Below the pieces are notes generated by a model. It saw only the letters and a list, made by a program, of their open reading frames with translations. It was not told where the DNA came from and did not search any database. Of a stretch of 64,000 bases of DNA, positions 7,352-17,411 are shown piece by piece. Position 1 is the first letter of the stretch. Each line of letters begins with the position of its first letter. The stretch comes from an uncultured bacterium (GTDB lineage Bacteria > Zixibacteria > MSB-5A5 > UBA10806). The position numbers and the translations under genes are program-made. The stretch lies in assembly GCA_965541585.1 (NCBI GenBank), contig CBEUCH010000007.1, forward strand, positions 96,001 to 160,000, read 5' to 3'.

Positions 7352-10300
7352 ATGAGTGACCGGTACCGTCAGATAAAGGGTGAATTCAATTTCGCAGAGC
7401 GGGAAGCAGAGATCAGCAAATTCTGGGATGAGAATTCTATCTTCGAGAAATCGTTGAAGCTCAGGGAAACCTCACCCCGATATAATTTCTACGAGGGTCC
7501 CCCCACTGCCAACGGTCTGCCGCATATCGGCCACGCCCTGGCGCGAACTATCAAGGACGTGATTTGCCGCTACAGGACGATGAAAGGATTTCTCGTGGAA
7601 CGCAAGGCGGGATGGGATACGCACGGGCTGCCGGTCGAACTTGAGGTTGAGAAGGCCCTGGGAATCTCTACCAAGGATGAAATCGAGAAGATGGGGGTCG
7701 AGAAATTCAACGCTGAATGCAAAAAATCGGTTTTCAAATACAAGGCCGAGTGGGATGAGTTTACGCGCACATTGGGCTACTGGCTCGACCTTTCAAATCC
7801 GTATATCACCTATACCAACGATTATATCGAAACCGTCTGGTGGATTCTAAAGCAGTTCTGGGAAAAGGACTTGCTCTACAAAGGATATAAGATTCTTCCC
7901 TGGTGTCCCCGATGCGAGACCGCGCTATCATCCCATGAAACGGCCATGGGGTATAAAGAGGTTACCGATCCCTCGCTTTTTGTTATGATGAGGCTATCCG
8001 GCAGCGAGGACACTTATTTTCTTGTCTGGACAACCACTCCGTGGACTTTGATTTCCAACGTTGCTCTGGCGCTTCATCCTTATGAGTCCTACGTGACTAT
8101 AGAACATCGCGACAGGAAACTGATTCTGGCTGAGAACAGGCTTAGCGTGATAGACGGGGAATACGAGATACTCGAAACCAAAAAAGGCTCCGAGTACGCC
8201 GGCGTAAGATATGAGCCGCTGTTTGATTTTCTACCGGTCGATAAGGGGCATTATGCTACCCTGGCCGATTTCGTCACCATGGAGGAGGGCTCCGGTATCG
8301 TGCATATAGCGCCGGCTTTTGGCGCCGACGATTACGAGCTGAGTATCAAAGAAGGTCTATCCGTCATTCAGGCCGTGGATACCGAAGGTCGGCTGATATC
8401 CGAGGTGACTCCCTGGGCCGGAAGATATGTCAAGGATGCCGATCCTGAGATCATAGAGGACCTCGGAAACCGGGGATTACTCTACGGCTCAGAGGGCTAT
8501 ACGCATAATTATCCTTTCTGCTGGCGTTGCGATTCACCATTGATCTACTACGCTCGCTCCTCCTGGTTTATCAAAACCACCGCCTTCAAAGACGAGATGA
8601 TAAAGGCCAACGAGGAGATAGAGTGGTTTCCCGAGGAGGTCGGCAGCCGCCGTTTCGGGGAATGGCTGGAAAATAATGTAGACTGGGCGCTGTCGCGCGA
8701 GAGATACTGGGGTTCACCGCTGCCGGTCTGGATCTGCGACGGGTGCCAGAAGCAGCATTGCATCGGCTCGATCGAGGAGCTGCAGCGTATGGCCGTAGAT
8801 TCACCGGAGCAACTCGATTTGCATCGACCGTTCGTAGATCGCATTCGGTTGAAATGCCCCGGATGCGGCGAATCGATGAACCGCACGCCCGAAGTTATCG
8901 ATGCCTGGTTTGATTCCGGCGCCATGCCTTACGGGCAGGTTCATTACCCGTTTGAGCACCAGGATGATTTCGAGGATAAATATTTCCCCGCAGAGTTTAT
9001 CGCGGAGGGGCTGGATCAGACACGCGGCTGGTTCTACTCGATGCTGGCTATTTCGGTGTTTATCTCCGGTCGATCAAGCTATAAAAGATGTGTCGTCAAT
9101 GACCTCATTCTCGATACCGAGGGCCGAAAAATGTCGAAGCGGATTGGGAACGTAATCGAACCCAACCAGCTCTTAAGCGAATATGGGGCTGATGCCATCA
9201 GATGGTATCTGATGAGCTCTTCCCAGATCTGGCTGCCCAAGAGGTTTGATAAGGAAGCTCTGGTGGATGTAGTCAGGCGATTTCTGTCGACTCTCCAGAA
9301 TAGTTTTTCATTCTTTTCTCTATATGCTAATATCGATGGTTTCATTGCCGGAAAAAAGGCTCCTGAATTAGAAAAACGTCCCTTGATAGATCGATGGATA
9401 GTCTCCAGATTGAACGGTTTGATCGATGAGGCCAACAAAGCTTATGACCAGAACGACATAACACGATGCACCCGTGCAATAGCGAGCTTCGTGGTTGATG
9501 ATCTTTCCAATTGGTATGTCAGGCGCAGTCGCCGCCGTTTCTGGGGCTCCCAGGATAATTCCGATAAAAAGGCCGCTTATCAGACACTTTTCGAGTGCCT
9601 TTTGACCATCTGCAAACTGGCCGCCCCGGTTGCGCCGTTCATGGCCGAGGATCTGTATCGCCGGCTGACTGAGAACCTCGACGGATTTAGCGAATCTGTT
9701 CACCTGACCGACTTCCCGATGGCCGAAAAGAGCCACCGTGATTCTCTGATAGAAGAACAGATGGCTGTAGCCCGCAGGACAGTGGAACTGGGACGAGCGG
9801 CCCGGAAGGAATCAAAAACCCGCGTGAGGCAGCCATTGAGCAGATTGGTGGTTCTCGGATTATCCGAAAATGAGCGGGAGATGATAAGAAACTTAGAAAA
9901 TATAGTGCTTGAGGAAATCAATATCAAGAAACTGGAGTTCGATAAGGATGAGACGGCTTATTTCAAATATGCAGGTGAACCGGATTTCAAAAAGATCGGG
10001 CCTAAATTTGGAGCCAGATCTAAAATGGTCGCCGAGCAGATTAGGTCTCTCTCCAGCAAGCAGATCTCCGAACTCGCAGTCAAAGGTAACTTTACGATCG
10101 GCGAGGGTGCGGAGGAGGTTACAATTGAATCGGACGATTTGAAGGTCAATACGGTGCCTTCGGATGGATATGCTGTTAGCAGCGACGGACATCTCAAGGT
10201 TGCCCTCGATCTCACGATCGATGATAATCTACGCGCCGAGGGGAACGCCCGGGAGCTGGTTAACAGGGTTCAAAACTTGAGAAAATCGGCGGGGCTGGTC

Positions 10301-10489
10301 GTAACTGATCGGATAACCTTAAGCATCTCAAGCAATTCCGAATCTCAAAGAGCGATGCAAAAATATGCTGATTATATCAAGAGCGAGACCCTCGCAACCC
10401 GGTTTGCCGATATTAATGATCCGGAGAACTCCCAGGAATTTGATCTGAACGGTGTCAAAACAGTTGTTGCACTGGAGAAGATTTCATAG
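7352..10489 (+). CDS. ileS: Isoleucine--tRNA ligase (type 2)
   Basis: FYEGPPTANGLPHIGH, GWDTHGLPVE, WTTTPWTL, WALSRERYWG, KMSKR; C-terminal ARELVNRVQNLRK typical of IleRS2. Confidence 0.97.
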   Translation: MSDRYRQIKGEFNFAEREAEISKFWDENSIFEKSLKLRETSPRYNFYEGPPTANGLPHIGHALARTIKDVICRYRTMKGFLVERKAGWDTHGLPVELEVEKALGISTKDEIEKMGVEKFNAECKKSVFKYKAEWDEFTRTLGYWLDLSNPYITYTNDYIETVWWILKQFWEKDLLYKGYKILPWCPRCETALSSHETAMGYKEVTDPSLFVMMRLSGSEDTYFLVWTTTPWTLISNVALALHPYESYVTIEHRDRKLILAENRLSVIDGEYEILETKKGSEYAGVRYEPLFDFLPVDKGHYATLADFVTMEEGSGIVHIAPAFGADDYELSIKEGLSVIQAVDTEGRLISEVTPWAGRYVKDADPEIIEDLGNRGLLYGSEGYTHNYPFCWRCDSPLIYYARSSWFIKTTAFKDEMIKANEEIEWFPEEVGSRRFGEWLENNVDWALSRERYWGSPLPVWICDGCQKQHCIGSIEELQRMAVDSPEQLDLHRPFVDRIRLKCPGCGESMNRTPEVIDAWFDSGAMPYGQVHYPFEHQDDFEDKYFPAEFIAEGLDQTRGWFYSMLAISVFISGRSSYKRCVVNDLILDTEGRKMSKRIGNVIEPNQLLSEYGADAIRWYLMSSSQIWLPKRFDKEALVDVVRRFLSTLQNSFSFFSLYANIDGFIAGKKAPELEKRPLIDRWIVSRLNGLIDEANKAYDQNDITRCTRAIASFVVDDLSNWYVRRSRRRFWGSQDNSDKKAAYQTLFECLLTICKLAAPVAPFMAEDLYRRLTENLDGFSESVHLTDFPMAEKSHRDSLIEEQMAVARRTVELGRAARKESKTRVRQPLSRLVVLGLSENEREMIRNLENIVLEEINIKKLEFDKDETAYFKYAGEPDFKKIGPKFGARSKMVAEQIRSLSSKQISELAVKGNFTIGEGAEEVTIESDDLKVNTVPSDGYAVSSDGHLKVALDLTIDDNLRAEGNARELVNRVQNLRKSAGLVVTDRITLSISSNSESQRAMQKYADYIKSETLATRFADINDPENSQEFDLNGVKTVVALEKIS

Positions 10490-10515
10490 TATATACCGGC
10501 CCGGAGGTATTCCGG

Positions 10516-10896
10516 ATGAACAAAAGAGATCTGGGAAAATTTGAAAAACTGCTCCTGGCCAAACGCCAGCAGCTGATAGAGGAATTTGGATTGCTAAAGA
10601 GTGCGTCTATGGATACCACTATCAAGGAAAAAACCGGGGATCTCTCATCCTACTCGTATCACATGGCGGATCAGGGCACCGATGCTATGGAGAGAGAGAA
10701 GACTTTTTATTTCGCTTCTAAATCCGGCCGGCTCCTTTATCACATCGATCAGGCTTTAAGAAGGGTCAGAAATAAAACCTATGGCAAATGCGAGGAGTGC
10801 GGCGAACAGATTAATCGGGAGCGGCTGGAGGCGGTCCCCCATGCCAGATTGTGCATAAAGTGCAAGGAGTTGGAAGAGCAGAAAAAATCCAACTGA
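10516..10896 (+). CDS. dksA: TraR/DksA C4 zinc-finger transcriptional regulator
   Basis: HMADQGTD coiled-coil tip; YGKCEECG..I..ERLEAVP.ARLCIKC. Confidence 0.88.
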   Translation: MNKRDLGKFEKLLLAKRQQLIEEFGLLKSASMDTTIKEKTGDLSSYSYHMADQGTDAMEREKTFYFASKSGRLLYHIDQALRRVRNKTYGKCEECGEQINRERLEAVPHARLCIKCKELEEQKKSN

Positions 10897-10912
10897 GGGG
10901 AGGCGATATTGA

Positions 10913-11461
10913 ATGCGTCAGCGGAGCCTCATCCTCTACTTACTGATTTCCATCCTCGTAATATCATTAGATCAGACAACCAAGTTATTAGTATTAAATA
11001 ACTTTGCCGAAGGCGAGGCGGTCTCTGTTATTGGAGACTTTTTATTCTTCCGGTTTGTCTTCAATGAAGGCGGCGCCATGGGGACGAGCCTGGGTCCCTC
11101 ATGGCTATACACCATTTTAACCCTGGCAGCCCTGATTTTGATAATTCACTATTTTGTAAAGAATAAATCGGACGGGCCGTCCATAAAGATGCCGTTGGCG
11201 CTTATTTTTGGCGGTGCCGTCGGCAATCTGATTGATAGAATCAGATTAGGCAAGGTGGTTGATTTCATCGATGTGGATTTTCCCGACATGCCGTTTTTGG
11301 GGATCACTAGATGGTGGACGTTCAATGTCGCCGATGCCGCTATCACCTGCGGCCTGGTGATTTTCATCATAGGTATTTTTCTCAGGAAAAAGCAAGACGT
11401 GGCCACGGTGGTTGAGAGCTCAGCGCCCGACGCCCATCAATTAGATGGTGACCAGAACTAA
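10913..11461 (+). CDS. lspA: Signal peptidase II
   Basis: DQTTK, N.GGAMG, GGAVGNLIDR, VVDFI, FNVADAAI. Confidence 0.95.
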   Translation: MRQRSLILYLLISILVISLDQTTKLLVLNNFAEGEAVSVIGDFLFFRFVFNEGGAMGTSLGPSWLYTILTLAALILIIHYFVKNKSDGPSIKMPLALIFGGAVGNLIDRIRLGKVVDFIDVDFPDMPFLGITRWWTFNVADAAITCGLVIFIIGIFLRKKQDVATVVESSAPDAHQLDGDQN

Positions 11462-12422
11462 ATTAAAACTGGCCGTTTCCGAGGATCTTCAGGGATTAAG
11501 ACTCGATATATTCTGCTCCCGGAAAGTCTCCGATCGCACGCGAAGCTATTTCACCAAGCTGGCATCCTCCGGCCATATCGCCGTGGACGGTCAAACTGCT
11601 AAGCCATCTCTCAAAGTAAAAAAAGGCATGCAGGTTGAAATTGAGCTGGCCGCACCACCACCGATGGAGGCGAGGCCTGAAGATATACCCCTCAATATAA
11701 TCTACGAAGACGATCGCGTGGCCGTCGTAGATAAATCCTCCGGTATGGTAGTTCATCCTGCCGCCGGCAATTACGAGGGAACTCTGGTCAACGCCCTCTT
11801 GCACCATTTCGGCGAAACCGTCGGCAGGCAGCATGATCCGGTGCGTCCCGGACTGGTGCACAGGTTAGATAAGGATACATCAGGCCTGCTTGTTATTGCT
11901 AAAGATGAGAGGGGGCTGGCTATGCTGCAGCAGGCGTTGAAGGAAAGGCGTATCAATAGGCATTATAAGGCCGTCTGCTGGGGGAGCTTAGAGCCCGAAC
12001 AGGGGACCATCGATCTGCCGATAGGACGATCGGATCGCGATCGCAAGAAGATGGTTGTCTACCCTCGTACAGGGCGGGATGCTGTCACCCATTTTGAAGT
12101 TATAGAAAGGCTGGGATTGGCCGATCTGGTTTTGATCAAACTCGAAACCGGCAGGACTCATCAAATCAGGGTGCACATTTCTTATTATGGACATCCCATC
12201 GTTGGCGATCCGACCTATGGTGGCCGGTCGAAGTATATAAGGAGGTTGGATGGGAAGAATCGTCAGATTGCCGTTCCCCTAATGAATATTCTTGGCAGGC
12301 AGGCGCTGCATGCCTTCAGGCTCGAATTCCCTCATCCTGATAATGACAGGATGATTGAGTTCAAATCTGATCTGCCGGGGGATATGATAGAGGCTCTGGA
12401 ATATCTCCGAAGCAGAAGATGA
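11445..12422 (+). CDS. rluD: RluA-family pseudouridine synthase (RluD-like)
   Basis: N-terminal S4 domain, VDK..GMVVHP, VHRLDKDTSG, ETGRTHQIRVH, GDPTYG, QALHA. Confidence 0.9.
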   Translation: MVTRTKLKLAVSEDLQGLRLDIFCSRKVSDRTRSYFTKLASSGHIAVDGQTAKPSLKVKKGMQVEIELAAPPPMEARPEDIPLNIIYEDDRVAVVDKSSGMVVHPAAGNYEGTLVNALLHHFGETVGRQHDPVRPGLVHRLDKDTSGLLVIAKDERGLAMLQQALKERRINRHYKAVCWGSLEPEQGTIDLPIGRSDRDRKKMVVYPRTGRDAVTHFEVIERLGLADLVLIKLETGRTHQIRVHISYYGHPIVGDPTYGGRSKYIRRLDGKNRQIAVPLMNILGRQALHAFRLEFPHPDNDRMIEFKSDLPGDMIEALEYLRSRR

Positions 12423-12561
12423 AGAAAAAAGAAAAATAAACCTCATGGCTTTTCCGGCAAGAAGCCTTGAAACACGGTCCGGATAATCTCCGGATAGAGA
12501 AGAACTTAAGATATGCGCGAGGTGGCAGGAACCGATAGAATCTGCAGAGCAACCTGAGGTC

Positions 12562-12590
12562 TTGACGTAAGGATATACTCCTGTTATATA
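12562..12590 (+). promoter_or_regulatory. Putative sigma70 promoter
   Basis: TTGACG-17 nt-TATATA with extended -10 TG. Confidence 0.6.
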
Positions 12591-12718
12591 AGCGATCACC
12601 ATGAAAAGCTCTTTCAGACAGATGATCGTCCCGTTGACTCTGCTACCAGGAATTCCACCTGAAGTAAACCCGAATACATAATCAACCGGGATAAAGAATT
12701 GAGGGAAGGAGATAGAAG

Positions 12719-13201
12719 ATGAAAATTGAGGAATATGATCTGAAGATCCCGGATGGCTGCAATATAATCCTGGGGCATGCGCATTTTATAAAGACCATAG
12801 ATGACCTTTACGAGGCGATGGTCTCGTCGAGCACGTCGGTGAAGTTCGGGATCGGTTTTTCGGAGGCGTCGCAGGAGAGATTGGTTCGCGTGGACGGTAA
12901 CGATGACGAGCTTAAGAAGCTGGCCGCCGATGCCATCATGGGGATAGGATGCGGTCATACGTTTATCATCTTTTTGAAAGATGCCTTTCCCATCAATTTC
13001 CTGGGCGCCATCAAGGCGGTACCGGAGATTTGCCGGATAATCTGCGCCACAGCCAATCCATTGAAGTTGCTCATATCGAGGACGGAGCAGGGTGGAGGCA
13101 TTATGGGCGTAGTTGACGGCGCTGCCCCGAGCGGAATCGAGGGAGAAGAGCACGTTCAGGTCAGAAGGAAATTCTTAAGAGACATTGGATATAAGCGGTA
13201 A
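12719..13201 (+). CDS. Adenosine-specific kinase family protein
   Basis: NIILGHAHFIKT..DLYEA, FSEAS, GHTF, FPIN, CATANP, GVVDG, RKFLRDIGYK. Confidence 0.88.
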   Translation: MKIEEYDLKIPDGCNIILGHAHFIKTIDDLYEAMVSSSTSVKFGIGFSEASQERLVRVDGNDDELKKLAADAIMGIGCGHTFIIFLKDAFPINFLGAIKAVPEICRIICATANPLKLLISRTEQGGGIMGVVDGAAPSGIEGEEHVQVRRKFLRDIGYKR

Positions 13202-13203
13202 TC

Positions 13204-14193
13204 GTGGCGAGAATCGAAAACGGCATCAGATTCGGCGATTATTTCTCGATCGATCCGACGCGGAAATCAGATCTGGCTGTTGTCAGCCATGCCCATTCGG
13301 ATCACCTCAAGGCGCACCGGAAAATAATGGCCACCGGCCCGACGATCGAGCTGGCTCGTCTTCGATATAAGAGATTCGAGGCAGCCACTGTTGATTATCA
13401 TAGAAAATTCGAGATAGGCCCGGCGACCATTGAGCTGGCCCCGGCGGGCCATATGCTCGGTTCGGCCCAGGTGGTCTTAGACTGGCACGGTGAGAGAATT
13501 GTCTACACCGGTGATTTTAAGCTGGAGGAGAATTACACCTGTGCCAAAGCGGAAATCCATCCGTGCGATACTCTCCTGATCGATGCCACCTACGGGAAGC
13601 CTCATTATAGATTTCCGCCCATTGCAGAATGCCGGGAGAGACTTCTGGAGTTTGTCATCGGGAATATAACGGGGGGGGTAGTGCCGGTTATACTGGCCTA
13701 TTCTCTTGGTAAAGCCCAGGAGGCGATGAAGATTCTTGCTAATGAGGGTGTCGAGATCGACGCCCACAAAACAGCATACGAAGCCGCCATGATTTACGGC
13801 CGTCATGGAGTCGAGATAAAAGGATTACATCTGCTTGATGGGAAGCCAAAGCAAGAGAGAGCCCTGATAATGCCTCCCGGCGGTTTCAGATATATTAATC
13901 CGTATGGCTGGGGACGATTCAAAACCTGTTTCCTTTCCGGTTGGTCTATTGATAAACGATACGGATCCCGGGGAGGGAACAGCATCGGGATACCGTTTTC
14001 TGATCATGCCTCCTTCGATGATATAGTTCGATACGTGGAAATCGCCAAACCCAGGAGGATCTTTACACTTTTCGGTCCGCCGGAAATAGCTGAATATCTC
14101 AGAAGAATCGGCTTCAACGCCGAGGCAACCGATCTGAACCGGGACCGGAGCCTGGATCGGAAAGGTGGTGGCAACATGGATCTTTTCGCATGA
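13204..14193 (+). CDS. Metallo-beta-lactamase/beta-CASP nuclease (ligase-associated/SNM1-like)
   Basis: SHAHSDH, AGHMLGS, YTGDFK, DATYG.P.Y.FP, YSLGKAQE, FSDHA. Confidence 0.85.
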   Translation: MARIENGIRFGDYFSIDPTRKSDLAVVSHAHSDHLKAHRKIMATGPTIELARLRYKRFEAATVDYHRKFEIGPATIELAPAGHMLGSAQVVLDWHGERIVYTGDFKLEENYTCAKAEIHPCDTLLIDATYGKPHYRFPPIAECRERLLEFVIGNITGGVVPVILAYSLGKAQEAMKILANEGVEIDAHKTAYEAAMIYGRHGVEIKGLHLLDGKPKQERALIMPPGGFRYINPYGWGRFKTCFLSGWSIDKRYGSRGGNSIGIPFSDHASFDDIVRYVEIAKPRRIFTLFGPPEIAEYLRRIGFNAEATDLNRDRSLDRKGGGNMDLFA

Positions 14194-14271
14194 ATTCCAT
14201 CCAAATTGCCGAGTTGTCCGCCAGGATATTCGACGATCTTATCGCATCCGAGTATTTCCGATAAAAAATAC

Positions 14272-14300
14272 TTGACAGGTTACGAATTTGATGGTATTAT
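14272..14300 (+). promoter_or_regulatory. Putative sigma70 promoter about 400 nt upstream of glmS
   Basis: TTGACA-17 nt-TATTAT, extended -10 TG, A-rich upstream element. Confidence 0.7.
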
Positions 14301-14708
14301 TGATTATATTCTCGGCGAAGCATAAACATCTTGCAAATATGGAGTTTGCCTGAAAGATCTTCTGATATGGATGTTAGCTGTCAGGGATCCAGTGGGAATT
14401 GCGAAGGAAGCAGTCAAAGAGTTGGGTCGCAAAGCCGCTTTGCTCGCGGTCGGGCAGAAGGGTGCATACTGTGGCAGCCTTGAGAATAGAATTACTGGTC
14501 GACATTACCGGCCCGGATTGGCGTTTAAGCCGGTGCTCTCTTGGTGGAACTTTCCCGGGATGTGAGGCTTAAAAAGGGGTTGAATATGTGCCGACAATAT
14601 GCCTGGAGGGGTATCCGCAGAGGAAAAATCTGAGGGCCGGGATAAAATATCCGGGATCGTAACCGTTGTTGGTCAGTGATTAAGAGAAGTCAACAGGAGG
14701 CTTAATAG

Positions 14709-16535
14709 ATGTGCGGGATAGTGGGATATGTTGGTCCCCAGAAGGCATGTCCGATCTTGATAGAAGGGCTTAAGCGTCAGGAATATCGAGGCTACGATTC
14801 AGCCGGCGTTGCCCTTATTGAAAATGGCGAGATAGTAATTCAAAAAAGCGCCGGCAAGATCGCAGCTCTGGAGGCCGATCTTGAAGGTCGCGATTTTGAG
14901 GCGAATTCGGGTATTGCCCATACCCGATGGGCTACGCATGGCGAACCGACTGATGTTAATGCACATCCTCATACCGGTATGACCGGGAAAATTGCGGTTG
15001 TGCACAATGGCATAATCGAGAATTACGCGGCGTTGAGGGAGGTTCTGAAACGCCAGGGACGCGTCTTCAGGACCGAAACAGACACCGAGATTTTAGCTCA
15101 TTTGATTGAAGAGTATTACGATGGCAATCTGCTTCAAGCTGTTCGCAGTGCATTAACTCAGGTCGAAGGCACTTATGGCATAGCGGTAATCTGTATTGAC
15201 AACCCGGATATGATGGTTGCCGCCAGATCCGGCTCCCCTCTGGTCATCGGCAGCGGCGAAGGCGAAAACTTTGTGGCCTCGGATGTTGCGGCTATCTTAA
15301 GGTATACCAACAGGGTTGTTTATCTTGAGGATGGCGAATTAGCCGAGGTAACACCATCCAGATTCTCTATAACCACGCTCGATGATGTGACCGTGACACC
15401 CCATCTGCAGGAGATCTCCTGGAGTCTGGATATGATCGAAAAGGGTGGATACGATCATTTCATGTTAAAAGAGATTTTCGAGCAACCTGAAACACTGAAA
15501 AATGCCATGAGGGGCAGACTGAGTTTTGAAGATGCCACGGCTCGCCTTAATGGCTTAAACCTTCAATATGATGAACTGCATCATATTCGGCGCATCATAA
15601 TTACCGCCTGCGGTACGAGCTGGCATGCGGCGCTGATCGGGGAGTATCTGATAGAGGAATATGCCCGGATCCCGGTAGAGGTCGAGTATGCCTCGGAATT
15701 TCGCTATCGAAGTCCCATAATCGATCCAGGTACCGTAGTATTGGTTATTTCTCAGTCGGGGGAGACAGCGGATACGCTGGCCGCCATGCGCGAAGCGAAA
15801 CGCAAGGGCGCAACTTGCCTGGGGATCTGCAACGTGGTTGGCTCAACTATCGCAAGGGAATCCGATGGAGGGGTATATATCCATGCCGGTCCGGAGATCG
15901 GGGTCGCCTCCACCAAGGCTTTCACTTCTCAGATAATGGTTCTCTCCCTTATCACCATCCTGCTGGCCCGGATGCGGTCTATGTCTTACGAAAAAGGCGA
16001 GGAGTTGATCGAGGCTTTGAATGGGGTTCCCGAGCAGGTAAAGACGGTGTTGTCCCTTAATGATGAAATCAAGCATCTGGCGGAAAAATATCACGATAAG
16101 AATAATTTCCTGTATCTCGGCCGTGGAATAAGCTTCCCCGTGGCGCTGGAGGGCGCCTTAAAGCTCAAGGAAATCAGTTATATTCATGCCGAGGGTTATC
16201 CGGCCGCTGAGATGAAACATGGACCGATCGCTTTAATCGATGAGAACATGCCTGTTGTGGTTCTGGCGCCGAAAGATTCGGTTCACAGCAAGGTTATCTC
16301 CAACATGTCGGAGATAAAAGCCCGCAAGGGGTTGATAATCGGAATCGCGACCCGGGGCGACGAGAAGATCACTGAAATGGCTGACGAGGTTATATATATT
16401 CCGGAGGTGAACGATTTTATACTTCCGATTGTGGGCATAATTCCTCTACAGCTTCTGGCATATCATATGGCCGTGTTGAGAGGATGCGACGTGGATCAGC
16501 CGCGAAATTTGGCTAAAAGCGTTACCGTTGAATGA
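14709..16535 (+). CDS. glmS: Glutamine--fructose-6-phosphate aminotransferase
   Basis: MCGIVG, EYRGYDSAG, HTRWATHG, SQSGETADT, ASTKAF, PRNLAKSVTVE. Confidence 0.98.
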   Translation: MCGIVGYVGPQKACPILIEGLKRQEYRGYDSAGVALIENGEIVIQKSAGKIAALEADLEGRDFEANSGIAHTRWATHGEPTDVNAHPHTGMTGKIAVVHNGIIENYAALREVLKRQGRVFRTETDTEILAHLIEEYYDGNLLQAVRSALTQVEGTYGIAVICIDNPDMMVAARSGSPLVIGSGEGENFVASDVAAILRYTNRVVYLEDGELAEVTPSRFSITTLDDVTVTPHLQEISWSLDMIEKGGYDHFMLKEIFEQPETLKNAMRGRLSFEDATARLNGLNLQYDELHHIRRIIITACGTSWHAALIGEYLIEEYARIPVEVEYASEFRYRSPIIDPGTVVLVISQSGETADTLAAMREAKRKGATCLGICNVVGSTIARESDGGVYIHAGPEIGVASTKAFTSQIMVLSLITILLARMRSMSYEKGEELIEALNGVPEQVKTVLSLNDEIKHLAEKYHDKNNFLYLGRGISFPVALEGALKLKEISYIHAEGYPAAEMKHGPIALIDENMPVVVLAPKDSVHSKVISNMSEIKARKGLIIGIATRGDEKITEMADEVIYIPEVNDFILPIVGIIPLQLLAYHMAVLRGCDVDQPRNLAKSVTVE

Positions 16536-16575
16536 GTTTGAACCGGGGAACTTCAGAAAATCAAGGAGGCTGCCT

Positions 16576-17232
16576 ATGGCAGGAAAAATCAAGCGAAAGT
16601 TGCAGAAGGACAAAAAACTGCTGGTGGAGATGTATCATCGACGGGGGATGTCATTGACGGATATCGCCAGGAAATACGGGTGCAGCCGTCAGTATATCCA
16701 GTTGGTCTTCATAGCGTTGGGGATCCGGCGGAGAAACCGTCAAGAAGCTTTAAGACTATCCCCCAAAAGGAGAAAAAGCAGGTTCGATTTTCAGCCAAAA
16801 CACGACAGATTCATAGCTGCCAATTACGAAAGAATGGCCGATCACGAGATCGCTCTCAGGCTAAATAAACCGGTGAATGCTGTTACCTATCGAAGATTGA
16901 CGGTGCTGTGCAAGAAGAAGGGAGTCCGGCGGAATTTTTCCGCAGAGGAAGACGATTTCATCCTGAGAAACTATAAAAAACTCACTGACAACGCAATTGC
17001 GCGGGCGCTGAAGAGAACTCTCATATCGGTAACCCATCACAGAAACAGAATCCTGGACCGTCCCAAGAGAAGGCTCCGATCCTATACCGAGGAAGAGGAT
17101 GGCTACATCAGGCAGAACTACAGAATGCTTACTGACGGTCAGCTGGGCAGGGCGTTGAATCGCTCAAAAGCATCCATAACCGTCCACCGCAGCGAGGTCC
17201 TGGGGCTTCCCAAGGTGACTAAGAAAAAATAG
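16576..17232 (+). CDS. Basic DNA-binding protein: N-terminal HTH plus three Myb/SANT-like repeats
   Basis: AGGAGG RBS before ATG 16576; MSLTDIARKYGCSRQYI HTH; three ~46-aa repeats of the form F/Y-xxx-E/H-D-xxI-xxNY-xx-L/M-x-D-xx-I/L-A/G-xx-L-x-R/K. Confidence 0.7.
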   Translation: MAGKIKRKLQKDKKLLVEMYHRRGMSLTDIARKYGCSRQYIQLVFIALGIRRRNRQEALRLSPKRRKSRFDFQPKHDRFIAANYERMADHEIALRLNKPVNAVTYRRLTVLCKKKGVRRNFSAEEDDFILRNYKKLTDNAIARALKRTLISVTHHRNRILDRPKRRLRSYTEEEDGYIRQNYRMLTDGQLGRALNRSKASITVHRSEVLGLPKVTKKK

Positions 17233-17411
17233 CACAAGAGTAAGATGAGCCCATAGGATCTTGAGTCTTTCTGAAAGTAATCCCGATTCTTCCCCCCGGG
17301 AAAAAATTCCTTTCATTATAACTCGGACAATTGTAATATAGATATTAGGTTGATGGATGGCAGTTGTCGGTAGAGTCGCTCGTAGGCCATAAAGTGAATT
17401 AGATTATTCCA

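Noticed and set aside
9120..9150. KMSKR instead of KMSKS in IleRS
   Set aside because: A known variant among type 2 IleRS enzymes; not novel
14301..14708. Canonical glmS ribozyme; also the 64-aa ORF at 14371-14565
   Set aside because: Conserved ribozyme core not found by eye; the ORF has no clear RBS or recognisable motif
16500..16600. Tn7-like insertion at the glmS 3' end (attTn7)
   Set aside because: No tns genes or recognisable Tn7 end downstream of glmS
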